64,000 nt of DNA from NCBI GenBank assembly GCA_051532035.1, contig JAOPTW010000021.1, positions 24,811 through 88,810 of the forward strand. The letters run 5' to 3'. This document shows positions 1-10,355 of the stretch, piece by piece. This stretch comes from Fibrobacterales bacterium (lineage in GTDB: Bacteria; Fibrobacterota; Fibrobacteria; Fibrobacterales; JAOPTW01). The number at the start of each line of letters is the position of its first letter. Positions within the stretch are counted from its first letter, which is position 1. Position numbers and translations under genes: made by a program. Below the pieces are notes generated by a model. It had not been told where the DNA came from, searched no databases, and was given only the letters and a program-made list of their open reading frames with translations.

Positions 1-3000
1 GTGGACTTTCTGCCGGTAGAATCAATTCAGAAAACGCGCTTTTTCCTTACTATACCGACGACAAAATTACGAACAACTCAAGCTATACTGGGTCACGTAC
101 TGTAGCACTTGTTACTAAAGAAGGTAAAACTTCACTTTGGGAACCATTCTCTGAAAACTTTGATGGTGTCTATAACATTTCCCGTAACATCTATAAAAAC
201 GTTGTTGGTGATAAACTTATTTTTGAAGAGATTAATAACGACCTCGGCGTTGCTTTTCAATATGGTTGGAGCACTTCAGACAAATTTGGCTTTGTTAAAA
301 CTTCGAAACTCACTAATACTGGAGCAGGAGACGTTTCTGTTGAGATACTTGATGGTATCGAAAACCTCCTTCCATATGGTGTTGAGCAAGACGCTCAAAT
401 GGCTGTAAGTTGCCTTGTTGATGCATACAAAAAGAATGAACTTGACCCAGCATCTGGTCTTGGTATGTACTCTATGAGCTCTATCTTAGTAGACCGTGCA
501 GAGCCATCTGAAGCACTTTCAACGACAACTGTTTGGTCTGAAGGCCTTAAAGATTCTAAAAAACTTGTGTCATCTATTCAACTCGATGAGTTTCGTAATG
601 GATTCCCTGTTATTGAAGAAACTGATGTTCGTGGACGTTGTGGCGCCTACTTTGTCAATGCAGAGGTTTCACTTGCCGCTAATGCTTCGGAAGAGTGGAA
701 TATCATTGCAGAAATCAATCAAGGTCCTTCAGAAGTAAAAGACCTCATTGCTTATATTAAAGCAGACAAAAACATCCGCGCAGAAGTATACGCTGATGTT
801 GCAGAGGGTTCAGATAATCTTGCACGCATCGTTGGTAACGCCGATGGTCTTCAAGTTACTGAAGATGTACTCAGTTCAAATCACCACTTCTCTAACGTTC
901 TTTTTAACGTGATGCGTGGCGGACTTTTTGATGACAACTATACTGTTGGCAAAAGCGACCTCATCAACTTCGTAAAAAACTTTAACTCTAAAGTATACGC
1001 ACAATTTGAAGATTTCTTTGCTGGCCTTGCTGATACTATGCACTACTCTGATCTTATCAAAGCGGCAACAGCAAAACGCGATGCAAACCTCGAACGTCTT
1101 TGTTATGAGTATCTTCCACTCACCTTTAGCCGTCGTCACGGTGACCCATCTCGTCCATGGAATAAATTTGCTATTGAACTTAAAAATGAAGATGGTTCAA
1201 AGCTTCTTAACTTCCAAGGTAACTGGAGAGACATTTTTCAAAACTGGGAAGCCCTCTCGTTCTCAATTCCTAACTTTATTGAGTCGATGATCTGTAAATT
1301 CGTGAATGCAACGACTGCTGACGGATACAACCCATACCGTATTACCAAAAAAGGTATCGACTGGGAAAAACTCGATGCACACGACCCTTGGTCAAACATC
1401 GGATACTGGGGTGATCACCAGATCATCTATCTTCTTAAATTCCTTGAGTTCTCTAAAGATCACCACCCAGGCACTCTTAAAGAGTTCCTAACGAAAGAGA
1501 TCTTTGCCTATGCAAACGTCCCTTATAGCCTTAAATCATACGACGACCTTCTCAAAGACCCACGTAATACTATCGACTATGATGATGCACGTGATGCTCT
1601 TATAAATAGCCGTACTGAAGAAGTTGGTTCTGACGGAAAACTTATCTGGAACCACGAAGGTTCGGTAATGCATGTCAATCTTACTGAAAAACTTCTTGCC
1701 GCTGTTCTTTCAAAGCTTTCTAACTTCATTCCTGAAGGCGGAATTTGGATGAACACCCAACGTCCTGAGTGGAATGATGCGAACAACGCTCTTGTAGGTT
1801 TTGGTGTTTCAATGGTAACACTCTACTACACTCGTCGTTATCAGCAGTACATGCTCGACCTTTTCAAATCAATTGACCTCCAAGAAGTAGAACTCTCTAA
1901 AGAGATCTACAACCTTCTCGTTTCGATCAATGCAACCTTCGAAGATCACAAAGATCTTCTCGCAGGCAAAATCAACGATGCAGACCGTAAGGCAGTACTT
2001 GATCGCCTTGGTAAAGCAGGATGTGACTTCAGAAATGACGTGTATAAAAACGCATTCTCTGGTGACCGCGTTGTAGCTAAAACAGCTGACCTCATTAAAT
2101 TCTTCGAGATCTCACTTGAGTATATCGATCACACAATCCGTGCAAACAGACGTGAAGATGGTCTTTATCATGCATACAACCTTATGACTGCAACTGAGTC
2201 TGGTGTTGAAGTGAAATATCTCTACGAAATGCTCGAAGGTCAAGTATCAGTACTCTCTTCTGGCTACCTCAGCCCAAAAGAAGCGATTGATGTACTCACG
2301 TCACTCAGAAAATCAGCGATCTACACAGAGCGTCAGCACTCATACCTCCTCTATCCGGATCGTGAGCTTACCCGCTTTGTTGATAAAAATATTATCCCTA
2401 AAGCTGAGTTTGATAAATCTGAACTTCTTAAAACACTTATTGCCAATGGCGACACTTCACTCGTAGAACTTGACTCTCAGGGTGAATACCACTTCAACGG
2501 TACATTTAACAACGTTGACAGTGCTAAGGCGGTATTAACCACTCTTAAATCTAATGGATATGCAGACCTCGTTGCAAAAGACGAGAGCCTCATAGAAGAG
2601 ATTTTTGAAGGTATCTTTAACCATATAGCATTTACGGGTCGTTCAGGTGGCATGTATGCCTATGAAGGCCTCGGGTCAATCTACTGGCACATGGTATCAA
2701 AACTCCTTCTTGCCGCTCTTGAAAACTATCAAGCAGCAGTTGAGCAAGGTGAAGACGCTGAAACTGTTGGAAAACTCGTTGACCTCTACTATGACATCCG
2801 TGCAGGTATTGGTTTCAATAAAGATCCAAAAGTATACGGTGCATTCCCTACGGACCCATACTCACACACTCCAGGATTTGCCGGCGCAAAACAGCCTGGT
2901 ATGACTGGTCAAGTGAAAGAAGAGGTGATTACTCGCCAAATCGAACTTGGTGTTGTTGTTAAAGATGGTCAAATTACCTTCAACCCAGTAATCCTCAGAA

Positions 3001-3281
3001 AATCAGAGTTCCTCTCTGCTCCTTCAACACTCAAGTATTTTGATGTAGCGGGTGATAAGCAGTCTGTAACACTTACTATTGCACAACTTGGATTTACCTA
3101 CTGTCAGGTCCCTGTAATCTACTCTCTTGCAGAAGAGACCTCAATTGTTGTTACCAAAAAAGATGGCTCTACTATAGCTATTAAAGGTGAAACTATTGAT
3201 GCTGAGACTTCTATGGCAGTCTTTGATAAGAAAGGTGATATTGTGAAGGTAGAAGTGGCTCTTAAGCCTCGTCTTGCATAA
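1..3281 (+). CDS. GH149-family beta-1,3-glucan (laminarin) phosphorylase, 5' end outside the window
   Basis: Frame 3 is open from base 3 (GLSAGRINSENALFPYYTDDKI...) into the 399..3281 ORF, so the true start lies upstream. Motifs SRRHGDPSRPWN, GNWRDIFQNWEAL, YEGLGSIYWHMVSKL and GAFPTDPYSHTP match GH149 phosphorylases as I recall them. Confidence 0.8.
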   Translation, partial: GLSAGRINSENALFPYYTDDKITNNSSYTGSRTVALVTKEGKTSLWEPFSENFDGVYNISRNIYKNVVGDKLIFEEINNDLGVAFQYGWSTSDKFGFVKTSKLTNTGAGDVSVEILDGIENLLPYGVEQDAQMAVSCLVDAYKKNELDPASGLGMYSMSSILVDRAEPSEALSTTTVWSEGLKDSKKLVSSIQLDEFRNGFPVIEETDVRGRCGAYFVNAEVSLAANASEEWNIIAEINQGPSEVKDLIAYIKADKNIRAEVYADVAEGSDNLARIVGNADGLQVTEDVLSSNHHFSNVLFNVMRGGLFDDNYTVGKSDLINFVKNFNSKVYAQFEDFFAGLADTMHYSDLIKAATAKRDANLERLCYEYLPLTFSRRHGDPSRPWNKFAIELKNEDGSKLLNFQGNWRDIFQNWEALSFSIPNFIESMICKFVNATTADGYNPYRITKKGIDWEKLDAHDPWSNIGYWGDHQIIYLLKFLEFSKDHHPGTLKEFLTKEIFAYANVPYSLKSYDDLLKDPRNTIDYDDARDALINSRTEEVGSDGKLIWNHEGSVMHVNLTEKLLAAVLSKLSNFIPEGGIWMNTQRPEWNDANNALVGFGVSMVTLYYTRRYQQYMLDLFKSIDLQEVELSKEIYNLLVSINATFEDHKDLLAGKINDADRKAVLDRLGKAGCDFRNDVYKNAFSGDRVVAKTADLIKFFEISLEYIDHTIRANRREDGLYHAYNLMTATESGVEVKYLYEMLEGQVSVLSSGYLSPKEAIDVLTSLRKSAIYTERQHSYLLYPDRELTRFVDKNIIPKAEFDKSELLKTLIANGDTSLVELDSQGEYHFNGTFNNVDSAKAVLTTLKSNGYADLVAKDESLIEEIFEGIFNHIAFTGRSGGMYAYEGLGSIYWHMVSKLLLAALENYQAAVEQGEDAETVGKLVDLYYDIRAGIGFNKDPKVYGAFPTDPYSHTPGFAGAKQPGMTGQVKEEVITRQIELGVVVKDGQITFNPVILRKSEFLSAPSTLKYFDVAGDKQSVTLTIAQLGFTYCQVPVIYSLAEETSIVVTKKDGSTIAIKGETIDAETSMAVFDKKGDIVKVEVALKPRLA

Positions 3282-3298
3282 TTACTGTATGATATATC

Positions 3299-3332
3299 AG
3301 AAGAGCATTACCCGATTGGGTAATGCTCTTCT
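3299..3332. terminator. Stem-loop downstream of the GH149 gene
   Basis: AGAAGAGCATTACCC-gatt-GGGTAATGCTCTTCT, a perfect 15-bp inverted repeat. Confidence 0.6.
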
Positions 3333-3346
3333 ATTTTGATAAAGTT

Positions 3347-3381
3347 AAGGCCTCCGAATGTTCGGAGGCCTTTTTGTTTTT
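3347..3381 (+). terminator. Rho-independent terminator
   Basis: AAGGCCTCCGAA-tg-TTCGGAGGCCTT followed by TTTGTTTTT, between convergent genes. Confidence 0.8.
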
Positions 3382-3445
3382 GATACTTTTACAAGCGAAT
3401 TCGATTCACTATTATCAGAGTGAATCGAATAATAGAATCTGTTAT

Positions 3446-6139
3446 TTACTTACTATTCGATACTGCAATCGCAGTAGTTACAATAGCACCGAGTGCTGTT
3501 ATAATTGCCGCTATACCCGGTAGAATGATTCCCCACTGAGTTTGTGGTTCAGGAGCATCGGGTGGTATAAATGGTTTTTCTGGAACAACGATCATCGCGC
3601 CCGGTACAATCTCAGGTGATGAGAAGAGCCCTTGAGAGAGCTTCAAGCTTTTACCATTAGGATACTTAACATACGCCTTTTTAATATCTGCGGTATCTAG
3701 AGCACCGCCTGCACCGTAATCAATATAATCTTCCCAGTCATAACTATCCCGAAAAGAAACTTTGGTAGGATTCAGTACCGACCCTGTAATTTCAACGGTA
3801 TTATTATTTTTATCAATAGTAACGGTGTCACCACTATTGAGGTACCAAGTCTGTTCAAAATCAACATTTTTACCATCAAATTCCGCATCAACGGGTATTG
3901 GTTCAAAGCCAGCCTTTCTTTGCAGGCGTAGCGAGTAAATATTTGCACGGGGGCGCACTCCACCAGCCTTAAGAATTACTGACTCCATAGACTCCTGAGC
4001 CGACGTGAGCACATATTTACCCGGAGTTCTAAACTCACCTCTCATAATAACATATCCCGCATCTTCCTTTTTAATATCACGTCTAAAAATGATCACATCA
4101 CCCGCAGTTATCAAAGTATTATTAAATAGGGGCCCTTTGGCGAGTTTATAGGAACGAGTTTCAAATGCATTCTCTGAATCAAACAGCGGCTTGTTAATCT
4201 CAACATTATTTGAATCAATATCAAAAGGGAGTCCTTCAAGTCTTTTTACGATAACATCTAAATTGAGGTCTTCTGAATAATCAAGAGTCAGAGGTTCTTT
4301 ATTGGGAGCAAGAACTATAACAGGAAGTTTAGGGTCCATTTTATCTGTGTCAAAAGTAAATACTTCAGTGTTTTGTTGGAGAATGACATTTTCAGGATCA
4401 TCTTTTGTAAGATCTACCTTTAAATAGCTCACTTTACTCAACTCATCTTTAAACTTAACATAGACTTCACTCAAACCACCTGCTTTAATCCCAAGCCCCT
4501 GCCTGAGTGCTGCAGCAAGAGTCATACCTTCAGCGTAGGGCACCTCTATTGGCTCACGCACATACCCTTTAATACTTATTTTCCTAAAAGCAGTATCAAG
4601 ATCCTGTACCTTATGATACGCACTGATAGTATCTTTATCTTGCAACACTATAGATTTTAAAAAGTCACTATTAGTAAGATCAATAGAAATGGCAACTCTA
4701 TTAGTATCAAGGTCACTTACGATCTCACCCTTTGGTTTAAAACCGGGACGTAAGCCGCCATGGATGTTGATAAAGGTAAAAGCTGTTGTCCCCTGTTTAG
4801 GAAGTGTATATTTCCCAGGGTTTTTAAAACCATCGCCTTTGAGGTAGACAAAATTACCTGATAGTGCTTCAATCTTATTTGCATAGGCTTCATCACCATC
4901 GGCCATTTTAATTTTTGAATAATCCTTAGTAAGATCTACTGCTAAATATTCATATGCCTTACGAGGATCAGTACGTTTATTAAGTGGTACTGGGCGTCTA
5001 ATCTCTATAACTGACGAAACCAATGCATCATTCTTAAGTCCCGCTGCCCAGGTTACTAATTTATCAAATGTTTCATTTTTTTTAAGTTCATAGACCCCTT
5101 CTCTGCGAACAAATCCTTTCACATCTATCACATTTTCTCGTTGGCCAAAGTAGATAACGTCATCATTTTGTAGGGTAATCTTTGGCATTTTCCCTGTCTC
5201 TAAAAATGCATAAAGATCAAAAGTCGCCACTTTCTTATTATTTCGGATCACTTGAATATTACGTAGAGAACCATAATTATTTGGTCCTTTAGAGAGGAGT
5301 AACACCTTCCAAAAAGGGTAGTAAGGAGGAACCACTTCTGTGCCATGGTTTTTTACGTTACCACTAAAATGAATTCTATAGGCGTGTACTGCAAGCAAAC
5401 TCACGTCACCCTGTGATCCCACTTTTTTCATGGCGCGTTGCACAATTGTTTTTAATTTTCTATAGGTAAGGCCAATTGCTTGCACTTTTTTATTAATCAA
5501 ATCAAAGAAAACATCGCCTCCCTTACCGACTGTGTAGGTCTTCTCTATGTTTTGACTTCCCCAAAGTTGCAGATGGATTTTATCACCCTCCACAACCTTA
5601 TAGTCCTCTGGAACGTCACTTACATTTGATTCAATAGTCACTTCTTGTTCAAATACTTCAAGACCATAAATATGAAATTTACGGTCAATACTATCCTGTG
5701 CAATACTATCTAGAACAAGGCTATCATGAAAAAGGCTATCAAGAACAACCAAGCTATCAAGAATATAGGGGTTTAGATTAATGCTATCATCTACCAATGC
5801 TTCATCTGATACAAGGCTTGTATCAATTTCTGCACTGTCGAGAATTGACCGAAGACTATCTAATTTAAATTGCTCCTCATACTTAAGAATCATTTCAGCA
5901 GAATCCCTTTTACTCAAGCCAAGCACCTTCAGTGACCCTTTTGTGGAATTACCATTTTCATCACGCTTCATAAACTCTTGCTGAGTTCCACCCGTGTTAC
6001 CTTGATTACTCGCAGGGTTTCCATTTTGATTATTCACCATCTGACTCAACTGCTGCATTTGCTCTGGTGTTAAATTTTCACCATAGGCAAAAAGGCCATA
6101 TACTGAGAGTAAAAGGAGTACCAATACTGATTTTTTCAT
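3446..6139 (-). CDS. Polysaccharide export protein with multiple SLBB domains (KpsD/Wza-like)
   Basis: Signal peptide, Poly_export-like segment (DYKVVEGDKIHLQLWG), repeated SLBB motifs (GSLRNIQVIR, VKGFVRREGVYEL, VEITGSVLNP) and a C-terminal amphipathic helix. Confidence 0.85.
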   Translation of the reverse strand: MKKSVLVLLLLSVYGLFAYGENLTPEQMQQLSQMVNNQNGNPASNQGNTGGTQQEFMKRDENGNSTKGSLKVLGLSKRDSAEMILKYEEQFKLDSLRSILDSAEIDTSLVSDEALVDDSINLNPYILDSLVVLDSLFHDSLVLDSIAQDSIDRKFHIYGLEVFEQEVTIESNVSDVPEDYKVVEGDKIHLQLWGSQNIEKTYTVGKGGDVFFDLINKKVQAIGLTYRKLKTIVQRAMKKVGSQGDVSLLAVHAYRIHFSGNVKNHGTEVVPPYYPFWKVLLLSKGPNNYGSLRNIQVIRNNKKVATFDLYAFLETGKMPKITLQNDDVIYFGQRENVIDVKGFVRREGVYELKKNETFDKLVTWAAGLKNDALVSSVIEIRRPVPLNKRTDPRKAYEYLAVDLTKDYSKIKMADGDEAYANKIEALSGNFVYLKGDGFKNPGKYTLPKQGTTAFTFINIHGGLRPGFKPKGEIVSDLDTNRVAISIDLTNSDFLKSIVLQDKDTISAYHKVQDLDTAFRKISIKGYVREPIEVPYAEGMTLAAALRQGLGIKAGGLSEVYVKFKDELSKVSYLKVDLTKDDPENVILQQNTEVFTFDTDKMDPKLPVIVLAPNKEPLTLDYSEDLNLDVIVKRLEGLPFDIDSNNVEINKPLFDSENAFETRSYKLAKGPLFNNTLITAGDVIIFRRDIKKEDAGYVIMRGEFRTPGKYVLTSAQESMESVILKAGGVRPRANIYSLRLQRKAGFEPIPVDAEFDGKNVDFEQTWYLNSGDTVTIDKNNNTVEITGSVLNPTKVSFRDSYDWEDYIDYGAGGALDTADIKKAYVKYPNGKSLKLSQGLFSSPEIVPGAMIVVPEKPFIPPDAPEPQTQWGIILPGIAAIITALGAIVTTAIAVSNSK

Positions 6140-6241
6140 AGTAATTTCTTTATAAAATGGGTGATTACAATTAGTTAGGAATTATAGAAAAAAAGGGGCT
6201 CGTGTGGGTAGGCTATGTATAGAATTCAGAATTCAGAATTG

Positions 6242-6988
6242 TTATTTCACGTAGCGAACACTTGTACTCAACTGCTTTCCATCCCACTCTATGAGACGCC
6301 AACCAGGGGTTGTGCTTGCGATTTCAAACTCAGCGTTATTCTCTTTTATTTGGATTTGGGTAGAGGGCGTAATATACATTGTTTGGTGATCATTAAATGG
6401 TATTGTTTTTTCGGTATGATAATGGCCTGTAAAAATATGATGAATATTCTTCAAGGAGGCAAAAACGTTCTTTACCTCATCCCTATTTTTAAGAGCATAG
6501 TGACTATCCATAAATTGACAATCTGCCAACTGAATTGGGTGATGTACAAATACTAAAATATCACCGGTATAGTTGTCAGAATGATTTTTTACCCAATGAA
6601 GCTGTTGGCTACTCATAGTTCCAGGAGTACTATCAAGAAACAACATCCGCTTCTTGTTAAAGTCAACCTTAAAATAGAGCTCACCATCATGAATATGCTC
6701 TTTAAGTTCAAAAGCATTGCATAATGTATCTACTTTATCATGATTCCCTGACATCACCTCATAAAGCACCGGATAGCGAGACATCTCCTCAATAACCCAT
6801 TCATAAGCCTCAGGCTCTCCATTTTCCAGAGCAATATCGCCACTGAGAACAACCAAGTCAACCCCAATAGCAACAACATCTTCCATGACTCTATGGAAAT
6901 GCTCTCGGGTATCCACACCATTTGATACCGCATCGGTAGGACCGATATGTATATCAGAGATTTGAGCAATGCGGATAGTGTCGGCCAT
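6242..6988 (-). CDS. Metallophosphoesterase (CpdA/Icc-like)
   Basis: Calcineurin-like motifs SDIH, SGD, GNHD, HHP and GHYH. Confidence 0.85.
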   Translation of the reverse strand: MADTIRIAQISDIHIGPTDAVSNGVDTREHFHRVMEDVVAIGVDLVVLSGDIALENGEPEAYEWVIEEMSRYPVLYEVMSGNHDKVDTLCNAFELKEHIHDGELYFKVDFNKKRMLFLDSTPGTMSSQQLHWVKNHSDNYTGDILVFVHHPIQLADCQFMDSHYALKNRDEVKNVFASLKNIHHIFTGHYHTEKTIPFNDHQTMYITPSTQIQIKENNAEFEIASTTPGWRLIEWDGKQLSTSVRYVK

Positions 6989-7075
6989 TAAGCTTACTTC
7001 TATTGGAAATCTGTATCAAATAATACCAAAAAGGCGGGTAAAAAGCCATCATTTTGGTACTCAGAGTTTAGAATT

Positions 7076-8128
7076 CTAAATTCTATCAGTGTACCACTTG
7101 TAGAGACGTCCAATGCCATCATCAAGTTCAATAGTATGCTTCCAGCCCAATTTATGGAGCATAGTAACATCTTGGAGTTTTTTCATAGTACCATCTGGTT
7201 TATCAGTATCAAAGACCAGCTTTCCACCAAACCCAACTATCTCTTTCACTTTTTGGGCTAATTCACCAATTGTCAAGTCAATACCAGTGCCAATGTTGAT
7301 ATGTGTATTGATTACTTGCTCTGATGGAAGGTTTTTTACAATATCTTGAAAGTCAACGGATTCGAGAAGATGGACACACGCATCAGCCATATCATCCGAA
7401 TACAAGAATTCTCTCATTGGTTTTCCCGTTCCCCATATTGTAACGGAATCACCCGTCACTCCATATTTAGATAGTGTTTCTTGAGCCTCATTCATAGTTG
7501 AAACACCGAGATTATCTAATACCTCCTTCTCGTCTCCCGCCTCCAGAAGCTTAGCTAAATGCATTTTCCGGATAAGCGCCGGAAGCACATGCGACTTTTC
7601 TAGATCAAAATTATCATTTTCACCATAGAGGTTTGTAGGCATTACTGCGATAAAATTTGTGCCATACTGAACATTATAAGCTTCGCACATTTTGAGCCCT
7701 GCTATCTTCGCAATTGCATACGGTTCATTGGTATACTCAAGTTCAGAGGTTAGAAGACACTGCTCAGGCATAGGCTGAGGGGCCAGTTTGGGGTAAATAC
7801 AGCTAGATCCTAAGAAAAGAAGCTTTTTTACTCCAGAAACATAGCACTGATGAATAACATTATTTTGAATCTGTAGGTTTTCATAGATAAAATCTGCACG
7901 ATAGGTGTTATTAGCTACAATGCCACCCACTTTAGCTGCGGCAAGGATCACATAATCTGGCTTTTCCTTCTCAAAAAAGGCTTCAACTGCATTTTGATCT
8001 CTTAAATCAAGTTCAGAAAAAGACTTTCCTATGATATTTGTGTACCCTTTAGATTCAAAGTTTCGAACCAATGCACTGCCCACAAGGCCCCTATGGCCCG
8101 CTACATAAATTTTTGCTGATTTTTCCAT
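7076..8128 (-). CDS. fcl: GDP-L-fucose synthase
   Basis: GHRGLVGSA, AAAKVGGI, LGSSCIYPK, NEPYAIAKIAG, SHVLPAL; adjacent to gmd. Confidence 0.95.
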   Translation of the reverse strand: MEKSAKIYVAGHRGLVGSALVRNFESKGYTNIIGKSFSELDLRDQNAVEAFFEKEKPDYVILAAAKVGGIVANNTYRADFIYENLQIQNNVIHQCYVSGVKKLLFLGSSCIYPKLAPQPMPEQCLLTSELEYTNEPYAIAKIAGLKMCEAYNVQYGTNFIAVMPTNLYGENDNFDLEKSHVLPALIRKMHLAKLLEAGDEKEVLDNLGVSTMNEAQETLSKYGVTGDSVTIWGTGKPMREFLYSDDMADACVHLLESVDFQDIVKNLPSEQVINTHINIGTGIDLTIGELAQKVKEIVGFGGKLVFDTDKPDGTMKKLQDVTMLHKLGWKHTIELDDGIGRLYKWYTDRI

Positions 8129-8147
8129 TTTCCTATCCTATACATTC

Positions 8148-8174
8148 AAAAAAAGCCTCCCATTCCTGGAAGGC
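8148..8174 (-). terminator. Putative intrinsic terminator between gmd and fcl
   Basis: Minus strand GCCTTCC-aggaat-GGGAGGC-TTTTTTT. Confidence 0.55.
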
Positions 8175-8197
8175 ATACTTATTCATTTTTTTGTGAA

Positions 8198-9271
8198 CTA
8201 GCGCTCTCTAAGAATTTTCTCTTTCGCAACTTTTTTTAAATCAGATTCCATCATCAATCGAACCAACTCTACAAAAGGTGTTGCTGTCGGGTTCCAACCA
8301 AGCTTTTCTCTTGCCTTTGTTGGGTCCCCTAAAAGCTGTTCAACTTCCGTTGGTCTAAAATATTGTGGATCTACTTCTACCAGTACTTTACCTGAAGCTT
8401 TATCAATTCCTTTTTCATCTACCCCTGAACCCTGCCATTCTATATCCATGCCAGCATGCTTAAATGAGAGTGTCACAAATTCACGCACAGAGTGCATTTC
8501 TCCTGTAGCAATTACCCAATCTTCTGGTGTTTCAGCTTGAAGAATAAGCCACATACACTCAACATAATCTTTAGCAAACCCCCAATCGCGAAGAGAGTCC
8601 ATGTTACCAAGATAAAGCTTCTCTTGAAGACCTTCTTTAATTCTAGACGCTGCAAGGGTAATTTTTCGAGTAACAAATGTTTCACCACGGCGAGGAGATT
8701 CATGATTAAAAAGGATACCGTTACAGGCAAATATATCATATGCTTCACGGTAGTTTTTTGTGATCCAATATCCATACAATTTAGCAACACCGTAAGGTGA
8801 TCGTGGATAAAATGGGGTTGTCTCTGTTTGTGGTACTTCCGCTACTTTACCATACAGTTCTGACGTTGACGCTTGATAAATACGGCAAGTTTTTTCCATA
8901 CCTAGAAAACGTACTGCCTCGAGTATACGAAGTGTTCCAATTCCATCAGTATCCGCAGTAAATTCCGGAACCTCAAATGATACTTTTACATGAGATTGAG
9001 CTGCAAGGTTATATATTTCATCTGGGTTTACATCTTTTATAATACGAATGAGATTTGACGAATCTGTCATATCCCCATAATGAAGCTTTATTTTTTTATT
9101 ATGAATATCTTTTATTAGATCATCAATGTATAAGTGTTCGATGCGTTCAGTATTAAATGATGAAGACCTACGTATAATTCCATGAACTTCATATCCTTTA
9201 TCAAGGAGAAATTCTGCTAAATATGAACCGTCTTGACCGGTTATTCCTGTAATGAGAGCTTTTTTTGACAA
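8198..9271 (-). CDS. gmd: GDP-mannose 4,6-dehydratase
   Basis: [59 protein letters not shown] start with GGAG upstream. Confidence 0.97.
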   Translation of the reverse strand: MSKKALITGITGQDGSYLAEFLLDKGYEVHGIIRRSSSFNTERIEHLYIDDLIKDIHNKKIKLHYGDMTDSSNLIRIIKDVNPDEIYNLAAQSHVKVSFEVPEFTADTDGIGTLRILEAVRFLGMEKTCRIYQASTSELYGKVAEVPQTETTPFYPRSPYGVAKLYGYWITKNYREAYDIFACNGILFNHESPRRGETFVTRKITLAASRIKEGLQEKLYLGNMDSLRDWGFAKDYVECMWLILQAETPEDWVIATGEMHSVREFVTLSFKHAGMDIEWQGSGVDEKGIDKASGKVLVEVDPQYFRPTEVEQLLGDPTKAREKLGWNPTATPFVELVRLMMESDLKKVAKEKILRER

Positions 9272-9323
9272 GCACTGCTCCTAACTGTAAATATATTTGA
9301 TTTGTAAAAATACTAAAAACAAG

Positions 9324-10331
9324 CTAGGAACTCAGTTGTTCTTTAAACTTTTTAACGTTTTCTCGTGTCCAATGAATAACCAAAACAACAAAACACCCTA
9401 AAATAAGGCCTAATACAGTACCTATTAAAATTATTATTTTCTTTTTTGACTTGGATTTAGTTATTGGGATTGTTGGTTCTTGCAAAATATTAAACTCTGG
9501 AATTTTTTTAACTTCTTCAATTTTAGCCAATTCTAATTGTTTCCTAAACTCTATAACCAACTGATTAAATACTTCTACCTCTCTTATTAACCTCTGTTGA
9601 GCAAGCATAAGGCTCGGAGAATTGACATTCATATTATTTTCTCTAAATCTCTTAAGTTGGGCTTCAGCCTTTTTTAAGTCCCCCCTAAACCCATTGTATC
9701 TTTCTTCAATGAAAAGACGCTCTTTTTTGGCATTTGAGTTCTTTTCACTTTCTGTGTACTTCTTTAAAAGTTCAAGAAACTGCTTATTAACTTCATATGA
9801 CAATACTGGATCTGATGTTGATACAGACAATGTTCGAGCCGTTGAAGATTTTTTAAACGTTACAATACTTGTTAAATAGCCATACAACATATTTTTAAGA
9901 ATAATATCTTTGGTAAGATATCTTTCTGGTGGAGATATCTTATCGACATCAATATTTAAAATCTCAAATAACGTTAACGAATCTCCTACCATTGTTAACC
10001 AACTTTTTGTTATTAAAGAATCTAAAAATATTGGAGACACAAGTATTTCATCGTAAAATATTTCATAATTATCAGAGGTTGCCCCTAAGTTCATTCCAGT
10101 CAAAGCTGCTAAACCTGAAAGACCGCTAGAAGTTGAATTATTTATTTGACTAGGCAGCCATTTAGATACAGAAGTATATTTAGGTGGTAAACGCTTCGCG
10201 ATAACAACACTGACTATCAGACTTAAAAGCATAACGATGAAAATCAAACTTTTCATATTCCACAGTATAAGAATGTATTTTCTTAAATCAATTTCATCTT
10301 CATCTATTGATTGAACAGTTTTTTCTTGCAT
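9324..10331 (-). CDS. wzz: Polysaccharide chain-length determinant (Wzz/GNVR family)
   Basis: EDEIDL N-terminus, two TM helices flanking a coiled coil, proline-rich segment before the C-terminal TM. Confidence 0.8.
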   Translation of the reverse strand: MQEKTVQSIDEDEIDLRKYILILWNMKSLIFIVMLLSLIVSVVIAKRLPPKYTSVSKWLPSQINNSTSSGLSGLAALTGMNLGATSDNYEIFYDEILVSPIFLDSLITKSWLTMVGDSLTLFEILNIDVDKISPPERYLTKDIILKNMLYGYLTSIVTFKKSSTARTLSVSTSDPVLSYEVNKQFLELLKKYTESEKNSNAKKERLFIEERYNGFRGDLKKAEAQLKRFRENNMNVNSPSLMLAQQRLIREVEVFNQLVIEFRKQLELAKIEEVKKIPEFNILQEPTIPITKSKSKKKIIILIGTVLGLILGCFVVLVIHWTRENVKKFKEQLSS

Positions 10332-10355
10332 ACGCCAGTAAGTACCCTATAATTT

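Noticed and set aside
109..408. 99-aa ORF suggesting a frameshift in the GH149 gene
   Set aside because: It is an off-frame shadow; frame 3 is continuous from base 3 into the main ORF.
6221..6240. AGAATTC tandem repeat (just under three copies)
   Set aside because: Too short to support a function.
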